DNA of 36,794 nt. It comes from a virus. Lineage: Duplodnaviria; Heunggongvirae; Uroviricota; Caudoviricetes. Below, piece after piece: positions 9,665 to 18,813 of this stretch. The stretch lies in IMG/VR virus record IMGVR_UViG_2713896909_000013; one strand, 5' to 3'. Numbering within the stretch: the stretch's first letter is position 1; every line of letters starts with the position of its first letter. The translations under genes were made by a program, and so were the position numbers. The notes under the pieces are model-generated. The model saw only the letters and a list, made by a program, of their open reading frames with translations, made no database searches and had not been told where the DNA came from.

Positions 9665-9986
9665 TATATTTTCATCGAGCGATGAAACGGTCTGTTTTTC
9701 TTTATAGTTTTGTCATAAAAAAGAGATTTCCTGCTTAAAATTTGGCTATTACAGAGCAACTATGTATGTTCCTCGCTCACAGTAGAGCTTCATCTTTGTA
9801 AGTCTGTATGTTTCGTTTTTCAAGTGGTCATTCAGATACGGACTTTCACTTCTCTTAGACAGTGCATGACTATGCTGCATGAAATCGCATGATCGTTTAA
9901 GGATCGTTTTTGCTAAGGCTCGCCAGAACTAGCGGGCTTTTACGTAGAACATGCAGGTGCATGAAAACCACTACATAAAGCGGGCA

Positions 9987-10005
9987 GGCGTGGCGGGGAT
10001 ACGAT
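9987..10005. other. cos: cos cohesive-end site (P2/186-type 19-nt sequence)
   Basis: GGCGTGGCGGGGATACGAT followed by TGCGCGC; closely matches my recollection of the P2 and 186 cohesive ends (GGCGAGGCGGGGAAAGCAC... / GGCGTGGCGGGGAAAGCAT) including the downstream TGCGCGC; sits in a GC-richer patch between the two AT-rich cargo genes. Confidence 0.6.
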
Positions 10006-10065
10006 TGCGCGCAAGCATAGATTCTGTAATATGTATGGCACATAGCAAATGACAAGGTGATTATT

Positions 10066-11805
10066 ATGCATGCGATCTTGAAACAATACGTCGAAGATCT
10101 TTCTAACCAATTTGCGATAGAAGAAGATGAACCGAAACTCTTCGAGTATTTTTGTAATTATGTTATTGCTTCTAAAAAGTATTTAGGACGATTTAGCCCT
10201 ATCGATATCACTACTCAAGAGGATGATGCCTCATTAGACGGAATTATCTTTCTTATTGATGGTGAATTAATAACTACTGTTGATGATGCTGAGGCGATAT
10301 TTAAAACCCATAAAACATCATTGCCAGTGGAGTTAATACTTACTCAGATTAAATCTGGTGAGGCTTTTGTTAAATCAGATATTGCAAATTTCAAGATTGG
10401 CTTGGATGATTTTTTAAGTCTTAAACCAAAATTACCAAATGGTATCTATAACACTCAAGCTATTGAAATATTGAAAGTAATATTTGCAAATGTAAAAAAA
10501 ATTAAAAACAAAAAACCATCGCTTACAGTTCATTATTGCACTAGTGGTACTTATGTTGAAGAGAGAGAAATTAAAGCTACATTTGATATAATTAAAAAAT
10601 CATGCTTCGATACTGACTTTTTTGATTCTGTTGACGTGAGACCTCTCGGGCGTAAAGAACTAATGGATATGTGGATATCCATAACCGAAAAAAATGAGGC
10701 TGAGTTACAGTTGATTGATTACATAGGTATCGAGGCTATGCCAGGTATCCCTCAATCATATATTGCAATTGTAAAAGCAAAGCATTTTATTGAGAAGCTT
10801 GCAAAAGATAGTGATGGAAAAATAAAAGAGTCAATTTTTGAAGAAAATATACGTGCGTTCTTAGGAAGTGATAATAATGTTAATAATAAAATATCCTCAA
10901 CTTTAGAAGATAAAAAAATAAAAGCAAAACAATTTCCAGTGTTGAATAATGGAGTGACTATAATTACTCCAGAGTTATCTATACAACCAAACACAAAAGT
11001 TATAAATCTTACAAATTATCAAATTATTAATGGTTGTCAAACAACTAATACACTCTTCCATCATTACGATAATTTAAATGATGATGTTGAGATTGTTGTC
11101 AAATTTATAGAGTCTCAAGATGCTGATGTTGCAAGTAGCATAATTGAAGCAACAAATAGTCAATCAGCAATTGAAGGAGCAGCGTTTTTTGCATTGCGTG
11201 AAAAAGCTAAAATGGTGCAGAAATATTTCGATCTACAGAGGAAAGACCCAAAACTGGAAAGTATATATTTTGAGCGGCGTGAAAATGAATATCGGCCATA
11301 TGATATACAATCTACACGTATATATGATATTAAAGAACTGGCTCGTTGCTTCATATCTGTATTTAAGCGGAACCCGCACAATGCTGCTAGATATGTTAAA
11401 AAAGTACTTAGCGAAAGCGATAATATAATATTTGGTGAGGCCGATAATGAGTGCGCATATTATACTGCGGCGTATATATGTTATAAGTATAATACTATGA
11501 TTAACGGGCGAAGAGAAAATGCACAAAAGTATAATAAATATAGATGGCATATTGCAATGTTATATCCTTGGGTCGTAAATAAAAAGGTTGAGAAAGTTGA
11601 ATTAAATTCAAAGAAAATGAGTGCCTATTGTGAGCGTATTCTTAAAACATTTTATAATGACAACTATATTAAGCATTTTTCAAAATGCCATGAGATAATT
11701 GATGCTCTTGCTTTAGATAATGAGAATGGTGTTACAGATGATCAACTAAAACGTGCACGATATACTACTAGTTTAATTGAAAAAGCTACTGAGATTTTGA
11801 AATAA
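10066..11805 (+). CDS. cargo protein 2: AIPR-like (abortive infection phage resistance family-like) protein with a possible PD-(D/E)xK-like N-terminus
   Basis: About 579 aa from the ATG at 10066 (RBS AAGGTGA); very AT-rich; NGCQTT motif at about 11029..11046, which I associate with AIPR-type proteins; N-terminal D...QxK pattern (FLIDGE...LTQIK) compatible with a restriction-endonuclease fold. Confidence 0.45.
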   Translation: MHAILKQYVEDLSNQFAIEEDEPKLFEYFCNYVIASKKYLGRFSPIDITTQEDDASLDGIIFLIDGELITTVDDAEAIFKTHKTSLPVELILTQIKSGEAFVKSDIANFKIGLDDFLSLKPKLPNGIYNTQAIEILKVIFANVKKIKNKKPSLTVHYCTSGTYVEEREIKATFDIIKKSCFDTDFFDSVDVRPLGRKELMDMWISITEKNEAELQLIDYIGIEAMPGIPQSYIAIVKAKHFIEKLAKDSDGKIKESIFEENIRAFLGSDNNVNNKISSTLEDKKIKAKQFPVLNNGVTIITPELSIQPNTKVINLTNYQIINGCQTTNTLFHHYDNLNDDVEIVVKFIESQDADVASSIIEATNSQSAIEGAAFFALREKAKMVQKYFDLQRKDPKLESIYFERRENEYRPYDIQSTRIYDIKELARCFISVFKRNPHNAARYVKKVLSESDNIIFGEADNECAYYTAAYICYKYNTMINGRRENAQKYNKYRWHIAMLYPWVVNKKVEKVELNSKKMSAYCERILKTFYNDNYIKHFSKCHEIIDALALDNENGVTDDQLKRARYTTSLIEKATEILK

Positions 11806-11811
11806 ATGGAT

Positions 11812-11842
11812 GCAGCCCAAGGAAGGGCTGCTAATTTTTATT
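11812..11842. terminator. bidirectional rho-independent terminator between cargo gene 2 and portal gene Q
   Basis: GCAGCCC-AAGGAA-GGGCTGC hairpin followed by TAATTTTTATT; lies between the convergent genes ending at 11805 and 11838. Confidence 0.6.
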
Positions 11843-12869
11843 CGAAATGATACGAAAAAAAATTGATAATGTCCTCACCTAACCAATCATTAATCTCTGA
11901 TATTCTTTTTTGTAAAGGTAATAGCTCATTCCTTACAAAAACCTTACTAGCCTTCTCCACATCTCCAAATCCCCCAACATTATTAGGCATTATTCCCATC
12001 ATCTGCGGCGGCACACGATGCGCCGCCATCATGTCATCTCGGCTGACGTTCTTAATATTCAAAAACTCATCCTTCGCCGCGACTTCTGACAACGGGATGA
12101 TCTGAAGCCCGTCCTTTTTGCCGTTAGGCGAGTACATAAACAGGTTGCGGAAATTGCCTGGTCCTTTAGCATTTTTCATCGCATTGCGGAGGTTGTTCAC
12201 GTCCTCCTGATTCTGCGCGGCGTCGGTCATGTACATGATGAAGCCTGCATGGCTGCCGTTGATGTAATACTTACGGCGGAACAGCGTTGCGGACTCGTTG
12301 AGCAGGGCGGACGGAATGGCAGAAAGATAACCGGGCAGGCCGTAGATCTCCTGATTAATATCCGGTTCCATCAGATGAAAAATGCTGCCTTTCGTGAACT
12401 GATACGGCTGGGTTGTCATACCGTATTGCACAAACCAGTAGGTATCCAGGTCTAATCCGCGTCGGGTGTATTTTGCCAGCGCAGGTTCAAGGGCGATCAC
12501 TTCACCGAAGCGGTTCGTGCGTTTCTCCAGATAGGCGTTGCCAAATACCAGATAGTCCTGCACAAAACGCGAAAAAGCCTGCTGGCTGAGCAGAGGATGA
12601 GGGATATAGGTACTGGTCAGAATGTTGCACTTTACTGCAATCGGGGAACTGTGATGCACGGCGGCGCGGAAGGTGCGAGCCAGACCGTCGAAACTCACTG
12701 GCGGCTCATACCAGCGATCTGTCTGTACGCATTGCACATAGTCCAGCAGTTCGCGGCGGTCAAGTACAGGAACGGGATCACCGAAGCTGAATGCTTCGGC
12801 TGAAGTCTGGCTTTTATGCTGGATCTGATTCGTCGCCGTAGTGCGGTTTTTCTTACTCTTTCCCATCAA
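11838..12869 (-). CDS. Q: portal protein, P2 gpQ-like
   Basis: 343 aa, matching P2 Q in size and position next to the large terminase gene. Confidence 0.85.
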   Translation of the reverse strand: MMGKSKKNRTTATNQIQHKSQTSAEAFSFGDPVPVLDRRELLDYVQCVQTDRWYEPPVSFDGLARTFRAAVHHSSPIAVKCNILTSTYIPHPLLSQQAFSRFVQDYLVFGNAYLEKRTNRFGEVIALEPALAKYTRRGLDLDTYWFVQYGMTTQPYQFTKGSIFHLMEPDINQEIYGLPGYLSAIPSALLNESATLFRRKYYINGSHAGFIMYMTDAAQNQEDVNNLRNAMKNAKGPGNFRNLFMYSPNGKKDGLQIIPLSEVAAKDEFLNIKNVSRDDMMAAHRVPPQMMGIMPNNVGGFGDVEKASKVFVRNELLPLQKRISEINDWLGEDIINFFSYHFE

Positions 12870-14632
12870 AAAATCTCCACAATATTGCTGGTATTGGCAG
12901 ACTCGCCCTGCAGCGGTTCGTTAAACAGTGCGTGCATCGTTGCCCAGGCCAGATCGGCGTGGCTGGCTTCTTCGCTGCGGCTGGCTTCATAGGTTGGGCG
13001 GTTGCCACTGGCGGTGGTTGCGCGACGGATTGCCATGAATGACTGCGCAATGTCGGTGTGTCCGGCGTCAAACTCCAGACGGCGGTGGCTGATAATGTCG
13101 TAGGCCTTGAGTACCAGGGCGTTTTTAACGTTGGGGTTGTAGACAAACTCCCGGACGGCAGGAAAAAACGCTTTCACGTTCTCGTAAACCCCGTGACCAA
13201 CGCCGGTTGAGTCGATACCGATATAGGTCACGTTGTACTGTTCGGTCAGTTTTTTGATGGCGTCAGCCTGGGCGCGGAAGTCCATTCCGCGCCACTGGTG
13301 ACGCTCAAGAATGCGGAACTTACCGCCCGGCACGGCTGGCGGCGCCACCACCACGCATCCGGCGCTGTCGCCGTTCTGCGTACCTTTCGCCGGGTCATAT
13401 CCGATCCACACTTCGCGCCAGCCAAACGGGCGCAGGGCCAGTGCATGAAAGTCGGTCCAGACTTCCCAACTGTCCACCATGCACGCCTGCAGCTCGCTGA
13501 GTGGGAACACAGACGCGAGATCGTCCACGAACTCACACATCAGCAGGTTCTGGTATTCGTCCGGGCTGTACTCCATGCGCAACTGGTCGAGGTCGAACAG
13601 GTTACAGCCGCCGCGCACCGCATCTTCCACAGTGACTATCTGGCGGTACTGCCCGTCTGCGCACAGCAGGCCGGGGGCCAGATTGCTGTGGGACAGGTCG
13701 ATGTCCACCTTATCGGCTTTGTTGCGCCCTCGGTTGAACAGCGCACCGGACCAGAACGGATAAGCACTGTGTGTCAGGCTGGATGGCGTGGAAAAATAGG
13801 TTTGTCGCCATTTTTTGTGAATAGCCATACCGGAAGCCACTTTGCGCAGCTCCTGGAATTTCGGTATCCAGAAATATTCATCCAGATACAGGTTGCCGTG
13901 GTAACTCTGGGCCGTGCGGGCATTGGTGCCGAGGAAGTACAGCGTGGCCCCGTTAGGAAGCACCATCGGATCGCCTTTCAGCTCCACCTCCACTTCTTTG
14001 GCGAAGTCGATGATGTACTGCTTAAAGACGTGGGCCTGAGCCTTGCTGGCGGAAAGGAAAATCTGGTTACGCCCGGTTAGCAGGGCGTCAATCAGGGCTT
14101 CACGGGCAAAATAGAAGGTCGCGCCGATCTGGCGTGACTTCAGCAGGTTGCGGATGCGGTTGGTTTTTCCGGCTTCCCACCAGTGGCGCTGGTAGTTGAA
14201 CATGGAGGAATGGAAGATTTCTTCCAGCTTCTCAATCTGTTCATCGGTGAAAACGTTCTTTTCCGGCTGACGGCGCGGGCCTTTGTTGCGGTTGGCGACG
14301 TTAGGGTTTAAGTCGGCTTCGTTGCCGCCATTGTTAAACTTGCCGATCCGCGCATGGCGCTCCGACTGGCGCGCCAGCAGGTCAATCTCTTTGAAATCTT
14401 TCCCTTCTTTGTGCTCCTTCATAATGAGCTGGCAGTAGCGTGCGGCGGTGGTGAGCTGCATCTGATCCAGCGGCCCATAGTCACCCCACTTGTCGCGTTT
14501 TTTCCAGCTGTGAACGGTTGCAACTTTCTCGCCCAGCATTTCAGCAATGCGGGCTACGCGGTATCCCTGAAAGTACAGCAGCATGGCCTGCCGACGGGGA
14601 TCGAGATCTGCGGGTGTCAGTGTGGTGTTCAT
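12866..14632 (-). CDS. P: terminase large (ATPase) subunit, P2 gpP-like
   Basis: 588 aa, size and position as P2 P; divergent from the O-N-M-L operon. Confidence 0.85.
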   Translation of the reverse strand: MNTTLTPADLDPRRQAMLLYFQGYRVARIAEMLGEKVATVHSWKKRDKWGDYGPLDQMQLTTAARYCQLIMKEHKEGKDFKEIDLLARQSERHARIGKFNNGGNEADLNPNVANRNKGPRRQPEKNVFTDEQIEKLEEIFHSSMFNYQRHWWEAGKTNRIRNLLKSRQIGATFYFAREALIDALLTGRNQIFLSASKAQAHVFKQYIIDFAKEVEVELKGDPMVLPNGATLYFLGTNARTAQSYHGNLYLDEYFWIPKFQELRKVASGMAIHKKWRQTYFSTPSSLTHSAYPFWSGALFNRGRNKADKVDIDLSHSNLAPGLLCADGQYRQIVTVEDAVRGGCNLFDLDQLRMEYSPDEYQNLLMCEFVDDLASVFPLSELQACMVDSWEVWTDFHALALRPFGWREVWIGYDPAKGTQNGDSAGCVVVAPPAVPGGKFRILERHQWRGMDFRAQADAIKKLTEQYNVTYIGIDSTGVGHGVYENVKAFFPAVREFVYNPNVKNALVLKAYDIISHRRLEFDAGHTDIAQSFMAIRRATTASGNRPTYEASRSEEASHADLAWATMHALFNEPLQGESANTSNIVEIF

Positions 14633-14677
14633 GGCACAAACCTACAGCCTTGAATGAAGGCTTTCCCCGCCTGCGGT

Positions 14678-14695
14678 TTGTGTGGTTGTCGGTAC
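14678..14695. promoter_or_regulatory. candidate Ogr-dependent late promoter element (TGT-N12-ACA) in the P/O divergent region
   Basis: TGTGTGGTTGTCGGTACA about 80-97 bp upstream of the O start codon; P2 late promoters carry a TGT-N12-ACA dyad. Confidence 0.4.
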
Positions 14696-14774
14696 AAATA
14701 CCGCGCATTGTTTCACTGCCCCCATCACCGCAACCATAAGGCTCCAGTAAGTTTTTTCTAACGGAGCACGGCTC

Positions 14775-15608
14775 ATGACAGTGAAAGCAAAGCGTTTTCG
14801 CATCGGGGTGGAAGGTGCCACCACCGACGGACGCGAAATCCAGCGTGAATGGCTGGAACAGATGGCAGCCAGCTACAACCCGGCGGTGTATACCGCGCTG
14901 ATTAACCTTGAGCACATCAAGTCTTATCTGCCGGACAGCACCTTTAACCGCTACGGCAAGGTGACGGCGCTGTTTGCTGAAGAAATCACGGAAGGTCCGC
15001 TGGCAGGCAAGATGGCGCTGTATGCCGACGTTGAGCCAACGGAGTCCCTGGTGGAACTGGTGAAAAAAGGCCAGAAATTATTCACCTCTATGGAAGTCAG
15101 CCCGAAGTTCGCTGATACGGGCAAAGCCTACCTGGTCGGCCTGGCTGCCACTGATGACCCTGCCAGTCTGGGCACTGAAATGCTGACATTCAGCGCCAGT
15201 GCAGCCCATAACCCGCTGGCAAACCGCAAGCAGAATCCTGCCAATCTCTTTACCGCTGCAGAGGAAACGGTGATCGAACTGGAAGAAATCCAGGATGACA
15301 AACCGTCCCTGTTTGCCCGTGTCACGGCGCTGTTCACCAAAAAAGAGCAGTCCGATGACGCCCGGTTCTCTGATGTGCATAAGGCCGTGGAGCTGGTCGC
15401 CACTGAGCAGCAGAACCTGAGCGCACGCACCGAAAAATCCCTGTCTGAGCAGGAAGAACGTCTGTCTGAGCTGGAGACTGCCCTGCAGGCACAGCAGACC
15501 GCCTTTAACGAACTGGTGAATAAGCTGAGTCATGAAGACAGCCGCCAGGACTACCGCCAGCGTGCAACAGGCGGTAACGCCCCCGCTGACACTCTGACCA
15601 ATTGCTGA
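14775..15608 (+). CDS. O: capsid scaffolding protein, P2 gpO-like
   Basis: 277 aa, first gene of the rightward head operon; position and size match P2 O. Confidence 0.85.
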   Translation: MTVKAKRFRIGVEGATTDGREIQREWLEQMAASYNPAVYTALINLEHIKSYLPDSTFNRYGKVTALFAEEITEGPLAGKMALYADVEPTESLVELVKKGQKLFTSMEVSPKFADTGKAYLVGLAATDDPASLGTEMLTFSASAAHNPLANRKQNPANLFTAAEETVIELEEIQDDKPSLFARVTALFTKKEQSDDARFSDVHKAVELVATEQQNLSARTEKSLSEQEERLSELETALQAQQTAFNELVNKLSHEDSRQDYRQRATGGNAPADTLTNC

Positions 15609-15624
15609 TGGAGCACAAAACCTG

Positions 15625-16683
15625 ATGAAGAAGAATACCCGCTTTGCTTTTAACGCTTACCTGCAGCAGCTGGCGCGTCTGAACGGTGTGGCAGTTGAAG
15701 AACTGTCCAGCAAGTTCACCGTGGAGCCGTCTGTGCAGCAGACGCTGGAAGACCAGATCCAGCAATCCGCCGCTTTCCTGACGCTGATTAACGTCACGCC
15801 AGTGACCGAGCAGTCTGGTCAGCTGCTGGGGCTGGGTGTTGGCAGCACCATTGCCGGAACCACTGATACCACCGCAAAAGAGCGTGAGCCTGTCGATCCG
15901 ACGCTGATGGTCGATGTGGAATACAAATGCGAGCAGACCAACTTTGACACGGTGCTGACCTACGCGAAGCTGGACCTGTGGGCGAAGTTTCAGGATTTCC
16001 AGGTGCGTATTCGTGACGCGATCGTGAAACGTCAGGCACTGGACCGCATCATGATCGGCTTTAACGGCGTGAAGCGTGCGAAAACCTCAAACCGTAGCGA
16101 AAACCCGCTGCTGCAGGATGTGAATAAAGGCTGGCTGCAGAAAATCCGTGAAGATGCACCGGATCACGTCATGGGCAGCACCACCACGGGCGGTGAAACC
16201 ACACCGGGTGCGGTGAAAGTCGGGAAAGGTGGCGAATATGCCAACCTGGACGCCGTGGTGATGGATGCCGTCAATGAGCTTATCGACGTGGTCTACCAGG
16301 ACGATGACGATCTGGTGGTGATTTGCGGTCGTGAACTGTTGTCTGACAAGTATTTCCCGCTGGTCAACAAAGAGCAGGAAAACAGTGAAAAACTGGCTGC
16401 CGATATGATCATCAGTCAGAAACGCATGGGTGGCCTGCAGGCGGTGCGTGCGCCGTTCTTCCCGCCGAATGCGCTGCTGATCACCCGTCTGGATAACCTG
16501 TCCATCTACTGGCAGGAAGACACCCGCCGCCGTTCAGTTATCGACAACCCGAAACGTGACCGGATTGAAAATTTTGAATCCGTTAACGAAGCCTATGTGG
16601 TTGAGGACTACCGCTGCGCCGCACTGGTGGAAAACATCCAGATTGGCGATTTCAGCGCCGCTGCAGCAGAAACCGGAGCGTAA
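15625..16683 (+). CDS. N: major capsid protein, P2 gpN-like
   Basis: 352 aa; strong similarity to my recollection of P2 N (RFAFNAYL...KFTVEPSVQQTL...LQDVNKGWLQK...). Confidence 0.9.
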   Translation: MKKNTRFAFNAYLQQLARLNGVAVEELSSKFTVEPSVQQTLEDQIQQSAAFLTLINVTPVTEQSGQLLGLGVGSTIAGTTDTTAKEREPVDPTLMVDVEYKCEQTNFDTVLTYAKLDLWAKFQDFQVRIRDAIVKRQALDRIMIGFNGVKRAKTSNRSENPLLQDVNKGWLQKIREDAPDHVMGSTTTGGETTPGAVKVGKGGEYANLDAVVMDAVNELIDVVYQDDDDLVVICGRELLSDKYFPLVNKEQENSEKLAADMIISQKRMGGLQAVRAPFFPPNALLITRLDNLSIYWQEDTRRRSVIDNPKRDRIENFESVNEAYVVEDYRCAALVENIQIGDFSAAAAETGA

Positions 16684-16686
16684 TCC

Positions 16687-17337
16687 ATGAGCCTGAGTCC
16701 CGCACGGCAGCATCGCCTGCGCGTTCAGGCTGAACAGGCCGCCCGCGAGGGCGGCAGTGTTCGCCACGCATCGGGCTATGACCTGATGCTGCTGCAACTG
16801 GCGGAAGACCGCCGCCGTCTCAAGGGCGTTCAGTCCACGGTCAAAAAAGCGGAAATCAAGGTGGAGCTGCTGCCGAAGTACGCCGCCTGGGCAGAGGGTG
16901 TCCTGGCTGCCGGAGGCGCTCAACAGGATGACGTGCTGATGTACGTGATGCTGTGGCGCATTGATGCCGGAGATTATGCCGGAGCGCTGGAGATCGGGCG
17001 TCATGCCCTGCGTCATGGCTGGGTGATGCCGCTGGGTAACCGCAACGTGCAGACCGTGCTGGCAGAGGAAATGGCAGACGCCGCGCAGAGCGCAATGCTT
17101 GCCGCCACCGGCTTTGATGCCGATCTGTTGCTGCAGACGCTGGAGCTGACAGACGGTCTGGATATGCCGGACCAGTCACGGGCGCGTCTGCATAAAGCGA
17201 TTGGCGCTGTCCTGAGTGAAAGCAATCCGGCGTCCGCCCTTAATCATCTCAACCATGCGTTACAGCTCGATCCCCGCTGTGGCGTGAAAAAAGACAAACA
17301 GCAGCTGGAGCGCAGACTGCGCAATGACAGCCGCTGA
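16687..17337 (+). CDS. M: terminase small (endonuclease) subunit, P2 gpM-like
   Basis: 216 aa, position immediately after N as in P2. Confidence 0.8.
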   Translation: MSLSPARQHRLRVQAEQAAREGGSVRHASGYDLMLLQLAEDRRRLKGVQSTVKKAEIKVELLPKYAAWAEGVLAAGGAQQDDVLMYVMLWRIDAGDYAGALEIGRHALRHGWVMPLGNRNVQTVLAEEMADAAQSAMLAATGFDADLLLQTLELTDGLDMPDQSRARLHKAIGAVLSESNPASALNHLNHALQLDPRCGVKKDKQQLERRLRNDSR

Positions 17338-17432
17338 CAGAACGTGCCCCCGCGCACGGGCGGCACGGGGTGGCGAAAGGCACAGCCTCATCAAAACCCC
17401 GTCCACCGCCCTCTATTTCAGGAGAAAGCAGC

Positions 17433-17897
17433 ATGAAGTTTGTTGCGCCAGAACAGGCACCGGAACAGGCGGAAATCATCAGAAATACGCCGTTCTGGCC
17501 TGATGTGGACCTGTCGGAGTTTCGCAGTGTCATGCGCACTGACGGCACGGTGACGCAGCCGCGTTTAAAGCAGGTTGCCCTGTCGGCAATTTCGGAGGTC
17601 AACGCAGAGCTGTATGAGTTTCGCAGACGCCAGCAGATGCTGGGGTATGCCTCGCTGGCAGAGGTTCCGGCGGAACAGCTGGACGGGAAAAGTGAGCGCA
17701 TTCAGCACTATTTCAACGCGGTTTACTGCTGGGCACGCGCCATGCTCAACGAACGATACCAGGACTATGACGCCACGGCATCCGGTGTGAAGCGGGGCGA
17801 AGAACTGGCGGAAGCCAGCGGTGATTTGTGGCGTGACGCCCGCTGGGCCATCAGCCGGGTGCAGGATGCGCCGCACTGCACAGTGGAGCTTATCTGA
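17433..17897 (+). CDS. L: head completion/stabilisation protein, P2 gpL-like
   Basis: Start set at the ATG at 17433 preceded by AGGAGA; size and position match P2 L. Confidence 0.8.
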   Translation: MKFVAPEQAPEQAEIIRNTPFWPDVDLSEFRSVMRTDGTVTQPRLKQVALSAISEVNAELYEFRRRQQMLGYASLAEVPAEQLDGKSERIQHYFNAVYCWARAMLNERYQDYDATASGVKRGEELAEASGDLWRDARWAISRVQDAPHCTVELI

Positions 17898-18100
17898 TGA
17901 AAGTGCGTGCGTATCAGTATGACACGGTGGACGCGCTTTGCTGGCGTCATTACGGGCGCACGCAGGGTGTCACGGAGCAGGTACTGAAGGCAAATCCGGG
18001 GCTTGCCGAATACGGCCCCTTTTTACCTCACGGGCTGCAGGTGGAGCTGCCGGACATACCGACCACCACCACCGTGCAGACCGTCCAGCTATGGGACTGA
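17897..18100 (+). CDS. X: tail protein X
   Basis: 67 aa, same length and position as P2 gpX. Confidence 0.8.
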   Translation: MKVRAYQYDTVDALCWRHYGRTQGVTEQVLKANPGLAEYGPFLPHGLQVELPDIPTTTTVQTVQLWD

Positions 18101-18103
18101 ATT

Positions 18104-18319
18104 ATGACGCTTGAGCGAATCAGCGCCTTTATCACGTATTGCATCGCCGTCGTGCTGGCCTGGCTGGGCGATTTGTCCATCAAGGATGCCTCAACGCTGG
18201 GCGGCCTGATGATTGGTGTGCTGATGCTGGCTATCAACTGGTACTACAAACACAAAGCCTACCAGCTTCTGCGCGACGGGCAGATCTCGCGGGAGGACTA
18301 TGAATCCATCAATCGTTAA
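18104..18319 (+). CDS. Y: holin (small two-TMD protein preceding the endolysin)
   Basis: 71 aa with hydrophobic segments and a charged C-terminus; immediately upstream of the endolysin gene. Confidence 0.65.
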   Translation: MTLERISAFITYCIAVVLAWLGDLSIKDASTLGGLMIGVLMLAINWYYKHKAYQLLRDGQISREDYESINR

Positions 18320-18812
18320 ACGCTGCCTTGTCGGGGCCGTGCTGGCTATTGCTGCCACGCTGCCGGGTTTTCAGCAGCTTCACACCTCCGTGGAGGGGCT
18401 GAAACTGATTGCCGATTACGAAGGCTGTCGTCTGCAGCCGTATCAGTGCAGCGCGGGTGTCTGGACCGACGGCATTGGTAATACATCGGGCGTCATTCCC
18501 GGCAAAACAATCACGGAACGACAGGCAGCAGAAGGGCTGATCTCCAACGTGCTGCGTGTGGAGCGGGCACTGGAAAGGTGTGTGAAGCAACAGCCACCAC
18601 AGAAGGTGTATGACGCTACGGTGTCGTTTGCCTTCAACGTGGGGACGGGCAATGCCTGTAGTTCCACGCTGGTGAAATTGCTCAATCAGCGGCGCTGGGC
18701 GGATGCGTGCCGACAGTTGCCGCGCTGGGTTTATGTAAAAGGTGTGTTTAATCAGGGGCTGGATAACCGCCGTGCGCGGGAGATGGCCTGGTGTTTACAG
18801 GGAGCAAACTGA
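18300..18812 (+). CDS. K: SAR endolysin, GH24 lysozyme (P2 gpK / P21 R-like)
   Basis: Catalytic E...D...T pattern (YEGCRLQPYQCSAGVWTDGIGNT) and an N-terminal hydrophobic signal-anchor-release-like segment (CLVGAVLAIAATLPG); RBS GGAGGA. Confidence 0.85.
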   Translation: MNPSIVKRCLVGAVLAIAATLPGFQQLHTSVEGLKLIADYEGCRLQPYQCSAGVWTDGIGNTSGVIPGKTITERQAAEGLISNVLRVERALERCVKQQPPQKVYDATVSFAFNVGTGNACSSTLVKLLNQRRWADACRQLPRWVYVKGVFNQGLDNRRAREMAWCLQGAN

Positions 18813-18813
18813 A

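Noticed and set aside
9478-9759. 93-aa minus-strand ORF overlapping the 3' end of cargo gene 1
   Set aside because: AT-rich antisense frame with no RBS; better explained as chance.
11144-11550. Several short overlapping ORFs on both strands inside cargo gene 2
   Set aside because: Internal or antisense frames of the long ORF in AT-rich DNA; the 579-aa frame is the only one with an RBS and a continuous reading frame.
13298-14080. 260-aa plus-strand ORF antisense to the large terminase gene
   Set aside because: It lies entirely inside the well-supported terminase CDS on the opposite strand; long antisense ORFs are expected in GC-rich coding DNA.
14620-14637. Additional TGT-N12-ACA match overlapping the start codon of P
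   Set aside because: Wrongly positioned for a promoter element because it overlaps the coding start; the motif is expected about nine times by chance in 36 kb.
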